DNA of 64,000 bases from an uncultured Pseudomonadota bacterium (GCA_963770835.1 CAVYRH010000004.1:32001-96000), one strand, 5' to 3'. Shown: positions 45,708-55,090, numbered from the stretch's first letter. The notes: generated by a model not told the origin, from the letters alone. A program made the numbers and translations.

Positions 45708-45946
45708 TGGGAATGAAAGAGCCAAGCCAGCAATCCAACGAGGCCCGCGGCAAAAAGTATCCAAACGGTTCCTTGAATCCAGTGGCGGGGTTTTGAGAGA
45801 AAGCCCGCTTTTGGATTAGGCCTGAATTCCTCGTCTTCCCCTTTTGCTTCATCCCAAGGTTCCGGAGATTTCCACCCGCAATTCGGGCAGGGCGCCCAGT
45901 CGTATTCCATTTCCCGGCCGCAGTTGAGGCATACCAGTTCGCTCAT
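45704..45946 (-). CDS. Small zinc-ribbon protein with a C-terminal TM helix
   Basis: CLNCG..CPNCG; ATGA overlap with yaeQ. Confidence 0.65.
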   Translation of the reverse strand: MSELVCLNCGREMEYDWAPCPNCGWKSPEPWDEAKGEDEEFRPNPKAGFLSKPRHWIQGTVWILFAAGLVGLLAWLFHSH

Positions 45947-46479
45947 AGCGGATGTTTTTCCAGGCGGCCCTGGAAGGAATCCTTCCCAACCCCCACATAG
46001 AGTTCCCCCTCGGTTCTCGTCAGTTCCCAATGGTTGTCCCGGTCCAGGGTGGCGCCTAAGGCGTTCAAAAAGCGCTGGTCGAAGGAAAACAAACCGATTT
46101 CCGAAAGCCGGTGCACTTTTTCCTCCTGGAGTTCCTTCGCGAGCAGGTGGGCGTCCTTGTGGGTGTAAATCCTAACCTCCTTGGACGCCTTGGAGGCCTT
46201 GTGGATGCGCTTGGCCGCGGGGTTTCCGATGTCGATCCAAAGGTCCAGCCCGCCGGTCAGGCCCGTCACGCGGATGGCGGGCTCGTCGGGGGCGCTGATG
46301 CCGGCGGAGAATTCCAGGCCTTCCCGGTAATTGAGCGCGTAGGCCAGGACGCGGGTCACGAAGAAGGGAAGGGATTCGCTGGGGTGCATGGCCGCGCGGA
46401 ATTCCAGGGTCTGGTAGAGGTTGCGGTCCACGTCGGACAAGTCGATGGTAAACCGGTAGAGGGTGGATGTTAGGGCCAA
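45943..46479 (-). CDS. yaeQ: YaeQ family protein
   Basis: TTG start; LSDVDR, AMHPSE, RVLAYAL, PDEPAI and WIDIGNP motifs. Confidence 0.9.
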   Translation of the reverse strand: MALTSTLYRFTIDLSDVDRNLYQTLEFRAAMHPSESLPFFVTRVLAYALNYREGLEFSAGISAPDEPAIRVTGLTGGLDLWIDIGNPAAKRIHKASKASKEVRIYTHKDAHLLAKELQEEKVHRLSEIGLFSFDQRFLNALGATLDRDNHWELTRTEGELYVGVGKDSFQGRLEKHPL

Positions 46480-46495
46480 GGGGATTCCTTTTGAG

Positions 46496-46804
46496 TCAAC
46501 GCTTTTTATCCCGATTTTTCCAATAGCCGGGCTTGCGGGACAAGTGCATGACCGCCACAACCGTAATTTTGTTCCCTTTTTGACGGTAAATAATTCCATA
46601 AGGGAACTGTTTGAGTAAGTGGCGATGAAAGGGGAAGCGCGCACCCAGAAGAACCGCCCAAGCCCGCGGATGGGAAAGGATGCGCCCAAAACCCTCCTGG
46701 AGAACGGCCAGGAATTGGAAGCCCAGGCCCGCCGTTTGTGATTCGTAATATAAAAATGCCCTCTCCGTTTCCTCATTCGCGGCGGGAAGTATTTCCAGGA
46801 TCAT
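46496..46804 (-). CDS. RelE/ParE family toxin
   Basis: YYESQTAGLG, FPYGIIY and VAVMHLSRKPGYW motifs. Confidence 0.9.
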   Translation of the reverse strand: MILEILPAANEETERAFLYYESQTAGLGFQFLAVLQEGFGRILSHPRAWAVLLGARFPFHRHLLKQFPYGIIYRQKGNKITVVAVMHLSRKPGYWKNRDKKR

Positions 46805-46808
46805 TTTT

Positions 46809-47039
46809 CGGAACTATGCACTTCACATACAAACAAGGAAACCCTCGCCCCTTGTGCCTTTCGAATTGAGGGGTACACAGGGGATTTTCCCTGTGGGCGC
46901 CAGCCAGGGAGAGGGTAGGGTGAGGGGTGTCTTTCCCTTGCAAAACCACCCTCATCCCAACCTTCTCCCCTTAAGGGAGAAGGGGTAAGGGAAAAACAAC
47001 CATTATTTCTAGAAAATGTATGTGAAGTGCATAGTTCCG
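46809..47039. mobile_element. MITE, CGGAACTAT family, inserted at the antitoxin/toxin junction
   Basis: Perfect 23-bp TIR CGGAACTATGCACTTCACATACA; exact 8-bp TSD TCATTTTT. Confidence 0.92.
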
Positions 47040-47375
47040 TCATTTTTTATATTTTTTGCGGATATTCTCAAGGGCCTCGAAGGCTGGAATCGCCTTAGTT
47101 TTTCCCGCCAAATAGTCGTCGTAACGCCGTTCCGCTTCCTTGATCCAAGCGTTCAGTATCTCCGGATCATCCACAGCGTAGGCGGCCGGGGGTTCGGAGG
47201 CCAAACTTGGCCTCTTGGAACCCGCTAGACGGTCCTCGAAATTATCCTCGTTCAATTCGGTCAGGAGCGCCACGGGTTTTCCCTTGTTGGTCAGGACGAT
47301 TTTCTTGTCCTTGCGCAACTGCTCCATCACCTTTCCGTAATGGGTCCTCATTTCACGGACTTGAAGGAATTTCAT
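47040..47375 (-). CDS. Antitoxin: Phd/YefM N-terminal domain plus addiction-module C-terminal domain
   Basis: VREMR..IVLTNKGKPVALL; AWIKEAERRYDDYLAGKTKAIP. Confidence 0.8.
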   Translation of the reverse strand: MKFLQVREMRTHYGKVMEQLRKDKKIVLTNKGKPVALLTELNEDNFEDRLAGSKRPSLASEPPAAYAVDDPEILNAWIKEAERRYDDYLAGKTKAIPAFEALENIRKKYKK

Positions 47376-47489
47376 CACACGCTCCTTGTAACCATTTTGT
47401 ATCCAATTTGGCTACATTATGGTAACAAATGGAAACCTGGATTCCAAGGCTATGGGATTGTGGTCCACGCGGACTTTTTCAGCATCCTA

Positions 47490-47891
47490 CTAGCTTTGCC
47501 AAATGGCCTCGGCGACTTCCTGGGCATCGTCGAATTTCTGGAACGAAGACAACACAAAATCCAAGACATCCTCCTTCTCGGTCATGCTGTTTTGGAATAG
47601 CCGGTCAAAGTTGTTGATGAAAAAAGCCATCGAACCCGTTTTTTCCATGGCCTTCTCTAATCCATCCTTTGAAATCTCAAGTCTTAATTCCAACTCGGCT
47701 TTTTCGATAGCCTTGAACGGTAAATTTTTCGGGTTCTGGTAATTCAGGCTGTGGACCATCAACAAACCGTTGATCTTCCGGTACAGGGAAAACCAAGCCA
47801 GGCCGTTTTCCTGGACGGCGAACCGGTACCGGTAAAGGTCCAGATCGTGTTCGAGAATTCTTTCGATTCTTCCCACCAATAAATCGTTCAT
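47490..47891 (-). CDS. Hypothetical protein
   Basis: GGAGG RBS; 133-aa ORF with no recognised motif. Confidence 0.6.
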   Translation of the reverse strand: MNDLLVGRIERILEHDLDLYRYRFAVQENGLAWFSLYRKINGLLMVHSLNYQNPKNLPFKAIEKAELELRLEISKDGLEKAMEKTGSMAFFINNFDRLFQNSMTEKEDVLDFVLSSFQKFDDAQEVAEAIWQS

Positions 47892-47974
47892 ACGGCCCTC
47901 CCCGGTTTTTAAATTTCTTTTTCCTGCGGGAGTGGTATACGAGTGTATACTAAAAAAATCAGGGACTTATATAG

Positions 47975-48085
47975 TTAACTCCCTTTTTTCTTTTTGGCTT
48001 TTTTCGGCTTAATTTTTGGTTTGTGCCTCCCGTATTTGAAAATCATATCCAGCATTTGGTTAATTTGTTCTTTGGCCTTTGTCAT
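47975..48085 (-). CDS. 36-aa Lys-rich ORF coupled to the transposase stop
   Basis: TGATG overlap; MTKAKEQINQMLDMIFKYGRHKPKIKPKKAKKKKGS, with the stop inside the TIR. Confidence 0.5.
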   Translation of the reverse strand: MTKAKEQINQMLDMIFKYGRHKPKIKPKKAKKKKGS

Positions 48086-49010
48086 CACACCGCCTTCGTT
48101 AAATCTTCAAAAGTGAGCCTTTTCCCGATGGAAGCGTCTAAGAGACTGGCGATCCGTTGTTGGCTTGTGCGTTCCACGTTGCCGTCATTTAAGCGAAAAG
48201 TGAACTCGTTGACGTAACGGGCTAGGTGCTTCTTGTCCACGTGATGATAGACCCCGTTAAGGCCTCTTTTCATAACCGCCCACACGCTCTCAATGCTGTT
48301 GGTGGTTACGTTGCCCCGGACATATTCTTTGGAATGGTGATTAACAGTTTCGTGTTTATAAAGGTCGTCCAAAGGCCGGTAACCGTGGTTTTCATCGGTG
48401 TTGATAGTGCTTCCTTCTTTGACGTTCCAAATGACGGTATCGGAAAGAATGACGCTGTTTACAGCTTTGATGGGAAGCGCTCTGGTTTTCCCGCCACGTT
48501 CACGCATCCCCAAGACAGCCGTTTTAACATCCAAGTTTCGCCCTTCTCTGCCTTCGGCTCTTTTATTGAAGTGGCGGTTCTTCTCTTTGCCTCCAACGTA
48601 AGTCTCGTCAATTTCAACGGTACCGCTCAAGGTCGAATAATCGTTTCCGCAAGCCTCACGAATACGGCCAAGCATGAACCAGGCGGTTTTTTGAGTAACG
48701 CCAATCTCCTTCGAGAGTTGCATCGAAGAAATGCCCTTCCTTGCCGAACCAGGAGGTACATGGCATATAACCACTTGTGAAGCGGGATATGGCTTCTCTC
48801 AAAGATGCTTCCCGTGCGGACGGTGAAGTCTTGAAGGCAGGCGTTACAGCGATAATAACCGTCCTTCCGAATGGCGATTCTTTTGGCCTCTTTGCAAAAA
48901 GGGCAAATAGCCCCATCAGGCCAACGGCGTTGCTCAATGTGAAGCCTTGCGGATTCCGCATCCGGGAACATTTTGAAGAGTTCAAAAGTGCTAATCGCTG
49001 TGTTTTTCAT
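48085..49010 (-). pseudogene. IS1595-family transposase, frameshifted near 48747
   Basis: Zn ribbon CPFC..CNAC; KGISSMQL; VEIDETYVGG, TDE, VNH, TNSIESVW and YVNEFTFR motifs. Adding one base restores YLLV-xARKGISS. Confidence 0.88.
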
Positions 49011-49351
49011 ATTCCACCTCTTGCCCCGTTTTATCCAACGAAGCCATTGTACTTGACTCCCTGTAGGGAGTCAAGTACCATTTATCAAAAGTAAGATTTA
49101 TTTAGGTCTCAAACAAGGCCGTTTTTCTTCTAAAATACTTGTATACCCAAAAGGATTGGCAAAGAGTGAAAAACACAAAAAAAAGTTCCGATCTCGAACA
49201 TAAAAAAAAGGAACCACCCAAACCTGTTTTGACTAAATCTATCACAGTAATCAAAAGCCAACCAATTCAGAATGAAGCCGATAAAGAAAATAAACCCATT
49301 CAAGATAAAGTTAAATGGACCGACAAAGTAATAGCCTTTTTTACTATTTGT

Positions 49352-50518
49352 AACCTCTGAAAAACTCCTTCGTCTAAATGCTTGAAATATAATACCAGCA
49401 TTCCAGACGGAGGGAATCCATGCAAATGAGCTTCGGGATGTACGAGGACAAGAACCGGCGGCTCAAAAAGACCATGCTGGAGGAAGTGGATAAGGTTCTG
49501 GACTTCCCGAAGATCGAGAAATTACTGATGGAAATGTACCGGGGCACTACGGGAAGGCCCCCCATTCCGCCTTTGATCTTGTTTAAATGCCTTTTGCTGG
49601 AATCCTGGTACGGCCTGTCGGATGTGGAAGTAGTCCAAGAAATCCATGACCGGCGCAGTTTCGAGCGGTTCGTGGGCGAAGGGGTGCGGGAGTACCACGT
49701 TGACGACACCACTTTGGTGAAGTTTCGGGAAAGACTCCGGGAAGCCGGGTTGATAGATCGGGTTTGGGCGGCAGTGCAACAGGGCTTGGACCGCAAAGGT
49801 CTTTTGGTAAAGAAAGGGGCCATTGTGGACTCCACCCTGGTGGAGGGAGCCTGTAAACCGGAATCCAGGGACCAGGACGGAAAGCCGGTGGACGAGGATG
49901 TCCATTACACCTCCCGGCAAGGTAAAGCCGTGGATGGGATGAAGGTTCATGTGGGCCAAGATGAGAAAAGCGGCCTGATTCGGAAGATGGATTTGAGTCA
50001 TATTGAGGAACACGATCACGAACATTTCAAAGACATGGTTCCCCGTGGGGTGGAGCGGGCCTACGCCGACAAGGCCTACCGGTCGGCGGAACACGATGAA
50101 CATTTGGAGGAACGAGGGATTCGGAATCGTGTATTGCATCGGATTTGGCGGGGACAGAAGCTGACCCAGAGACAGGTGAAGCAAAACAAAACTTGGGGCC
50201 GTGTGAGGTGCGGAATCGAGGCGACAATGAGTACCTTGAAGCGGTGGTGTTCGATGGGACGGATGAGGTACTACGGGATGGCGCGGAACAAGATTTGGGT
50301 TTTGATCTGCGGCATCGCATTTAATGGGAAAAGGGCGGTAAAGCTGGCGATAGCTTGAGCTAAGAGGAGTTTTTCAGAGGCAGAGGACGCAAGAAGGGTC
50401 AAAAAAGGAGTTCTAGGAGTAAGTGCAACACCCTTGGAGAAACAAAAACATCTCCAAACGGGTTCGAAAACCCTGGTGAGCGGGGTTTCAAACCCAAACA
50501 GGGAGTTTTTCAGAGGTT
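49352..50518. mobile_element. IS5-like insertion sequence
   Basis: 17-bp TIR AACCTCTGAAAAACTCC; exact 9-bp TSD ACTATTTGT. Confidence 0.92.
49420..50358 (+). CDS. IS5-family DDE transposase
   Basis: GRPPIP, WYGLSD, DDTTLVKFR, IVDST, YADKAY and RCGIE motifs. Confidence 0.92.
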   Translation: MQMSFGMYEDKNRRLKKTMLEEVDKVLDFPKIEKLLMEMYRGTTGRPPIPPLILFKCLLLESWYGLSDVEVVQEIHDRRSFERFVGEGVREYHVDDTTLVKFRERLREAGLIDRVWAAVQQGLDRKGLLVKKGAIVDSTLVEGACKPESRDQDGKPVDEDVHYTSRQGKAVDGMKVHVGQDEKSGLIRKMDLSHIEEHDHEHFKDMVPRGVERAYADKAYRSAEHDEHLEERGIRNRVLHRIWRGQKLTQRQVKQNKTWGRVRCGIEATMSTLKRWCSMGRMRYYGMARNKIWVLICGIAFNGKRAVKLAIA

Positions 50519-51379
50519 ACTATTTGTTTGTTTGCTACTGGCAGTATCACAGCAATAATTTATTGGTGCCAACTCGGAACAATGCATGACCAACTTGGTG
50601 CAATGAAAACGCAAGCAGATGTTATGAACCAACAACTTGATGAAATGCGAATCGATCAACGAATAGATCAAAGAGCTTGGATGGCACCTTCCGACGTTAA
50701 ACCACATCCAATCCTTAATGAAATCTATTTTGATGTCACTTTTGAAAACACAGGGAAAACTCCCGCCTTGGAAATCCATTCCAGAATTGGAATGGATGTT
50801 GATGAAAATAGAATTCCCAACAAGGATGATGAACCAAAAGAACCGTTTGAAAAAGGATTGTGTGCCGCTGGTACAGGCTATCTCTGCACTACCAGTTCCC
50901 TTCAACCAGGTTTTCAAATGATTATGAGCAAACTCTTCCAAAAGGGAGCACCCATCTATGTCTACGGAACAATTTGGTATAAAGATATATTCGGAAAAAA
51001 ACATTGGACGCAATACTGTTTTATGATGCAAATGAATCATAATGGCCCGGTTCCAGGCACAAAACATAACCGAACAGATGACGCAAAAAACTAAAATTAA
51101 TGCTTTGGACTTATAGGGAGTCATCTATATAAGTCCCAAAAATCAAGAGGTTTTTATGACCAACTTCCAATTATTCGGTTCCGATTGGAATGAACTATCG
51201 GCCGGTCTCGGATCTGTCCGCCGGAGCTTCAGCGCATGCAGGAGCTGACTGTCCTCTGAAACTTTAGTGAAGGGGATTGCGCAGGGAAATATTGAAAGGA
51301 TTTCCTAAAATGGACGCCTGACCCCGTTTCTTTTCTCAATTTTGGTAAACTCGGCTCTTCTACTCGAATATAATTAGAT

Positions 51380-52227
51380 ATGAAAAACTATAAGAAAAAG
51401 AAAACAATTTCCCTTTTACAAATGGGAGGAACAATTTTATTTTTTGGTAGTAGTTGGTTTGGGCTCATAGTTACATCAGACGCTATCGAATTATATAAAT
51501 TTTTATTGGGGATATTTTTATTAATAATTGGAAGTGTTTTAGCTGTGGTTATTGTTTACTTTGAAGAAGGAAATAATAAAAAAAAGTATCTTTTTATTTC
51601 ATCATCGGAGCAATATTTTTTTTAATTTTTGTTCTCACTGTTTATTGTTGGCAAACCAAAAAGCCAATCGATTTTAAATTCAGAACCTCACCGCCTCGTA
51701 TTGATTTTGGAATGGATGACAAAAACGAAAATATTCCAGATCCTAAAATACATATTTTCTATGCTGTTGAAGCACTTAATCGAACAGATGTAATGAGAAT
51801 TTGTCATTTGCAAATTTATTTCCCGGAACAATTTAGAATTTCAAATGGTTGGACGGCAGGTCCTGACGTTACAGGAATGATGTTCGAAGAAGATACAAAA
51901 GATATATTAATAGAAAATTCAGAAATAAAGATTCCGGGTAAATCAGCTCGTCAATTTTTGTGGGATACAACATTTCACACAGATGACCAAAAAAGTCCTG
52001 ATTTTTATCAATCATTAGAAGCGTTAACGGATAATTTTTATTTTGAATTGACTTTGGTGTCCGATCAGAATGAAAAAATCACAATAACCAAAAGAGTAAA
52101 CTTAAGAGAATTAGTGATGAACGAATATAGAAGTAGGTTTCTGGACTTAACAAAAAAATGGGATTATAAAAAACCGGCAAACCCTTCAATAATTGTTGAT
52201 TTTGTACAAGACAAATACAAATATTAA
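51380..52227 (+). pseudogene. AT-rich three-TM protein split at an A8G run (ORFs 51380-51625 and 51712-52227)
   Basis: The 51712 frame is open back to 51580 and encodes a TM helix (VSFYFIIGAIFFLIFVLTVY); one extra A at 51578-51585 fuses the two ORFs. Confidence 0.6.
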
Positions 52228-52308
52228 TTTGGAATTCATTCAAATTTCTTTTCTGTCTTTTACAAAAGAAAAAGGGGTCCGGCTAACTTCCCCCAGAAAA
52301 ATAGGCCG

Positions 52309-52804
52309 TCAGGATGTTGAGGTTTCTTCTGAACCTTGGGACGGACCATCGACCAGGCGGTATCGGGTGTATTTGCCAGCCCCGACCCTTTCTAGGCGCT
52401 TTCCACCTAGAAGCTTATCCACTACAAAATCCGCCGGAACGTCACGATACCGGAATTTCTTTTCCCCCTGGCAGATCCTTAAAAGCCGGTTTAGGTTGTA
52501 AACGAGGGTGCTTTTGGGCAGGCCCAGGTCCTGGGCCATCTGGCCGGGGGTGACCTCCCCCTTGGCCAAGAGATAGGGGGCCATGACCCGGATAAATCCC
52601 GACGTGTCCGGGTGGGCTATCCGGCCCTTCCGGCGCTTGAGATAGGCTTCGGATGGGGGTTTGGGCGCATGGGGGGCGGCCGCCGGTGAGGGAACCGCTG
52701 GGGTAGAAGTCGGGGCGGCGGTAGGTAGGGGAGCCCGGGGCTGGTTGGGGCTTATCCATCCCTAAGAGTCCCTTTAGAAAGCCCTTCAAAGACGGTCCTT
52801 CCAT
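52309..52804 (-). pseudogene. Probable frameshifted winged-helix protein with a Pro/Ala-rich linker
   Basis: AGGAG-ATG at 52804; the wHTH frame (VTPGQMAQDLGLPKSTLVYNLNRL..GAGKYTRY) is open upstream through a P/A/T-rich linker as far as a TAG near 52763. Confidence 0.5.
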
Positions 52805-52913
52805 ATCCACTCCTAAAAACCTGAGATTCCCACGTTGCAAACCGAGCCTATTGGCGCTGCTCCTCGGAATGACAGCAAAAAAGACCATTCTCTACTTTAG
52901 GTCCGCCCGGGAA

Positions 52914-53121
52914 GGTAGTGTGTCATTTTGCATTGGACGACCTCAAGGCACCCCTCACCCTACCCATCTCCCGAAAGGCTCTCACAGGGAGACCCCCCTG
53001 TGTACCCTCAAAACCAAAACCAAGGGGCGAGGGTTTCTTTGCCATGTTTCCCCCTCTCCCTTGAGGGGAGAGGGCGGGGTGAGGGTGGAGTAACATTTTC
53101 TTTTCAAACTGTAACACTACC
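52914..53121. mobile_element. MITE with GGTAGTGT ends
   Basis: GGTAGTGTGTCATTTTG / CAAACTGTAACACTACC; flanks CCCGGGAA and CCCGGGCA; same palindromic core as the other MITEs. Confidence 0.75.
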
Positions 53122-53216
53122 CCCGGGCAGGTGTTCAGCGGCTGAACATAATTGGACGCAAGAACGGCTTGGTTTCGGATTCTTCAAAAAACCCTTATTT
53201 TTGGTGTTGCACGGCG

Positions 53217-54202
53217 CATGCCTATCCGCAAAGCGCATGTTGAAATAAAGGAATACAAGCGTATTCTATCCACTGAAGGAGGTGTTTCATGAACTACCAG
53301 CGGATGAAAACGGTTGAGATTTTCAGGGAAATTGATACTGAGAAGAAAGCCCTTGAGTGGATCTGGAAGAGTCGTTTTGGGGGAAAAGCTTTTATTTGCC
53401 CCCACTGTGAGAACGAAAGCTATTGGCAGCATCAAAGTCGCCCGGAAATAAGGCAATGTGACTCTTGCTCAAAACAAATCCGGGTGCGGGCAGGAACCAT
53501 TTTCCAGCATTCCAAGCTTCCCTTGCTCGTTTGGGTGAGGGCTATCGGTTTTGTCATGCAAGGTAAAAGAGGCATGGCGGCCGAGGAACTTAAACGGCAT
53601 CTGGGGAGACGTTACGAAACAGTCTGGGGGATGCTGCAAAAGATGCGGGAAGCTTTGGAACAACGGGAAAAACCCTATCAGCTCAAGGATTTGATCGAAT
53701 TGGATGGGGCTTTTTTAGGGCGTCGTCGTTATTACAATCAAGTCGCATTACTTATTGGGGTTGAAAGTAAGGAATGGGTGGACGAGAAAGGTCGAAAAAA
53801 GCCAAAAGCTGGATTTGCCAAAGTGAAAGTGGCCTCTGAAACCCTCTGGCATGCCAACGAATTCGTCAATCAAGCCATCCAAAAGGACTCGCGGATATGC
53901 ATGGACGCTAGTTCCCGTTTAAGGAAGCTGGAAAACGTAACGGTGGAATACGAGAAAATGGACAGAAACCGTCAAGCTTGTGACCGCTGGTTGCCGTGGG
54001 TTCATAAGTTCATTTCCAATGCCAAGACATGGATTCTTGGAACCCATCATGGGGTAGGAGTCAGATATGTTGGCCGTTACTTGGCCGAATACACCTATCG
54101 CTTCAACCGACGGCATGACCCGGATTCCTTATTCCACAGAGCTTTAACCGCCTGTGCACTCGCTAAACCCATAACTTTACATGCGCTTTGCGGATAGGCA
54201 TG
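53217..54202. mobile_element. IS1595-family IS (ISSod11-like ends)
   Basis: 24-bp perfect TIR CATGCCTATCCGCAAAGCGCATGT; flanks CACGGCG and CACCGCG; boundaries are uncertain by 1 bp. Confidence 0.88.
53289..54197 (+). CDS. IS1595-family transposase
   Basis: CPHC..CDSC, AGTIF, IELDG, WVHKFISNAK..GTHHG and YLAEYTYRFNRR motifs. Confidence 0.92.
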   Translation: MNYQRMKTVEIFREIDTEKKALEWIWKSRFGGKAFICPHCENESYWQHQSRPEIRQCDSCSKQIRVRAGTIFQHSKLPLLVWVRAIGFVMQGKRGMAAEELKRHLGRRYETVWGMLQKMREALEQREKPYQLKDLIELDGAFLGRRRYYNQVALLIGVESKEWVDEKGRKKPKAGFAKVKVASETLWHANEFVNQAIQKDSRICMDASSRLRKLENVTVEYEKMDRNRQACDRWLPWVHKFISNAKTWILGTHHGVGVRYVGRYLAEYTYRFNRRHDPDSLFHRALTACALAKPITLHALCG

Positions 54203-54337
54203 CACCGCGCGACAGCAAAAATAAGGTTTTTTTGATATTTTTGATTCCAGGGCCCGCCTCCCATTCTCACGTCCAATTATGTTTCGCGGCGAAACATAAT
54301 TGGACGCAAGACCTTGGCTCGGCGCCGGTGGCCCGGG

Positions 54338-55090
54338 TCATTGGGGCTTAAAAGCCGCGAAGCGAAGCCGCACGTAATCGGCGGTCCAACGGCCGTCGCG
54401 GCTGCAAAGGAAAGGCCGCAACTCCTCCTGGATTTCCTCCAGGAAAGCCTCCCGCTCTTCTGGTGCCACGGCCTCGATATAGTTTTTCCGGAAGGTTTTG
54501 AGCCAGGTTTTGATGTCCTTCGGCAGGGTAGTGGGCCGTGGAAAAAGAACGATCGCCGGCTCGGAGAACCCCCGCTTTTCCAGCAAGTCCCGGTATTCCT
54601 CCCGCGAGGGATAGGCGTTGGGCTCGGGGACCTTCTTATCCAATTTGCGTTTCCGCAGGGCCCGGCGGGTGGCCTTTTCAATCCTTGCGATGTTGCCCTT
54701 GCCGCCCATCTCGGCCACGAAACGGCCGCCGGGTTTCAGGGCCCGCCAAACGCCGTCGATCACGGCCTCCAAGTCCTTCATCCAATGCAGGGCCGCGTTG
54801 CTGAAGACCGCGTCGAATTCCTCTTTAAAGGTGAGGGCCTGGCCGTCCATGAGGCGGGCATCCAGCCCCAGGGCCCTTGCGGCCACGATGAACTCCGGGC
54901 TGGCGTCCACGCCCACCACCCGGCAGCCGGAATCCACGAACTTTTTCGTGAGCACGCCGTCGCCGCAGCCCAGGTCCAGGATTCGCTCGCCGGGTTGGGG
55001 GTCCAGCAGTTTCACCACTCCCGCGCCCAGGTCGGTGACGAAGCGTGCGTTCTTATCGTAATCTTGCGGGTTCCAGGTTTGGGACGTCAT
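54338..55090 (-). CDS. Class I SAM methyltransferase (Tam-like)
   Basis: ILDLGCGDG, FSNAALHW and ADYVRLRF motifs. Confidence 0.9.
   Translation of the reverse strand: MTSQTWNPQDYDKNARFVTDLGAGVVKLLDPQPGERILDLGCGDGVLTKKFVDSGCRVVGVDASPEFIVAARALGLDARLMDGQALTFKEEFDAVFSNAALHWMKDLEAVIDGVWRALKPGGRFVAEMGGKGNIARIEKATRRALRKRKLDKKVPEPNAYPSREEYRDLLEKRGFSEPAIVLFPRPTTLPKDIKTWLKTFRKNYIEAVAPEEREAFLEEIQEELRPFLCSRDGRWTADYVRLRFAAFKPQ

Larger units (their letters stand above)
49139..51094 (+). pseudogene. AT-rich passenger gene (single TM plus short coiled coil) interrupted by an IS5-like element
   Basis: Removing 49352-50527 joins ..VIAFFTIC to LFATGSITAIIYW.. in frame. Confidence 0.85.
47962..51137. mobile_element. 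IS1595-family element with a passenger gene
   Basis: 22-bp TIRs GGGACTTATATAGTTAACTCCC / GGGAGTCATCTATATAAGTCCC (2 mismatches); exact 8-bp TSD AAAAATCA. Confidence 0.92.
53141..54287. repeat. About 154-bp palindrome split at its apex by an IS
   Basis: Arms AACATAATTGGACG / CGTCCAATTATGTT and CCTTATTTTTGGTGTTGC / GCGACAGCAAAAATAAGG; a further left-arm copy at 54289-54311. Confidence 0.75.

Noticed and set aside
48740..48755. Programmed frameshift in the IS1595 transposase
   Set aside because: No slippery sequence at the junction; a 1-bp loss or sequencing error is simpler.
53133..54311. Bona fide integron
   Set aside because: No integrase or gene cassettes and non-consensus ends; kept only as an attC-like observation.
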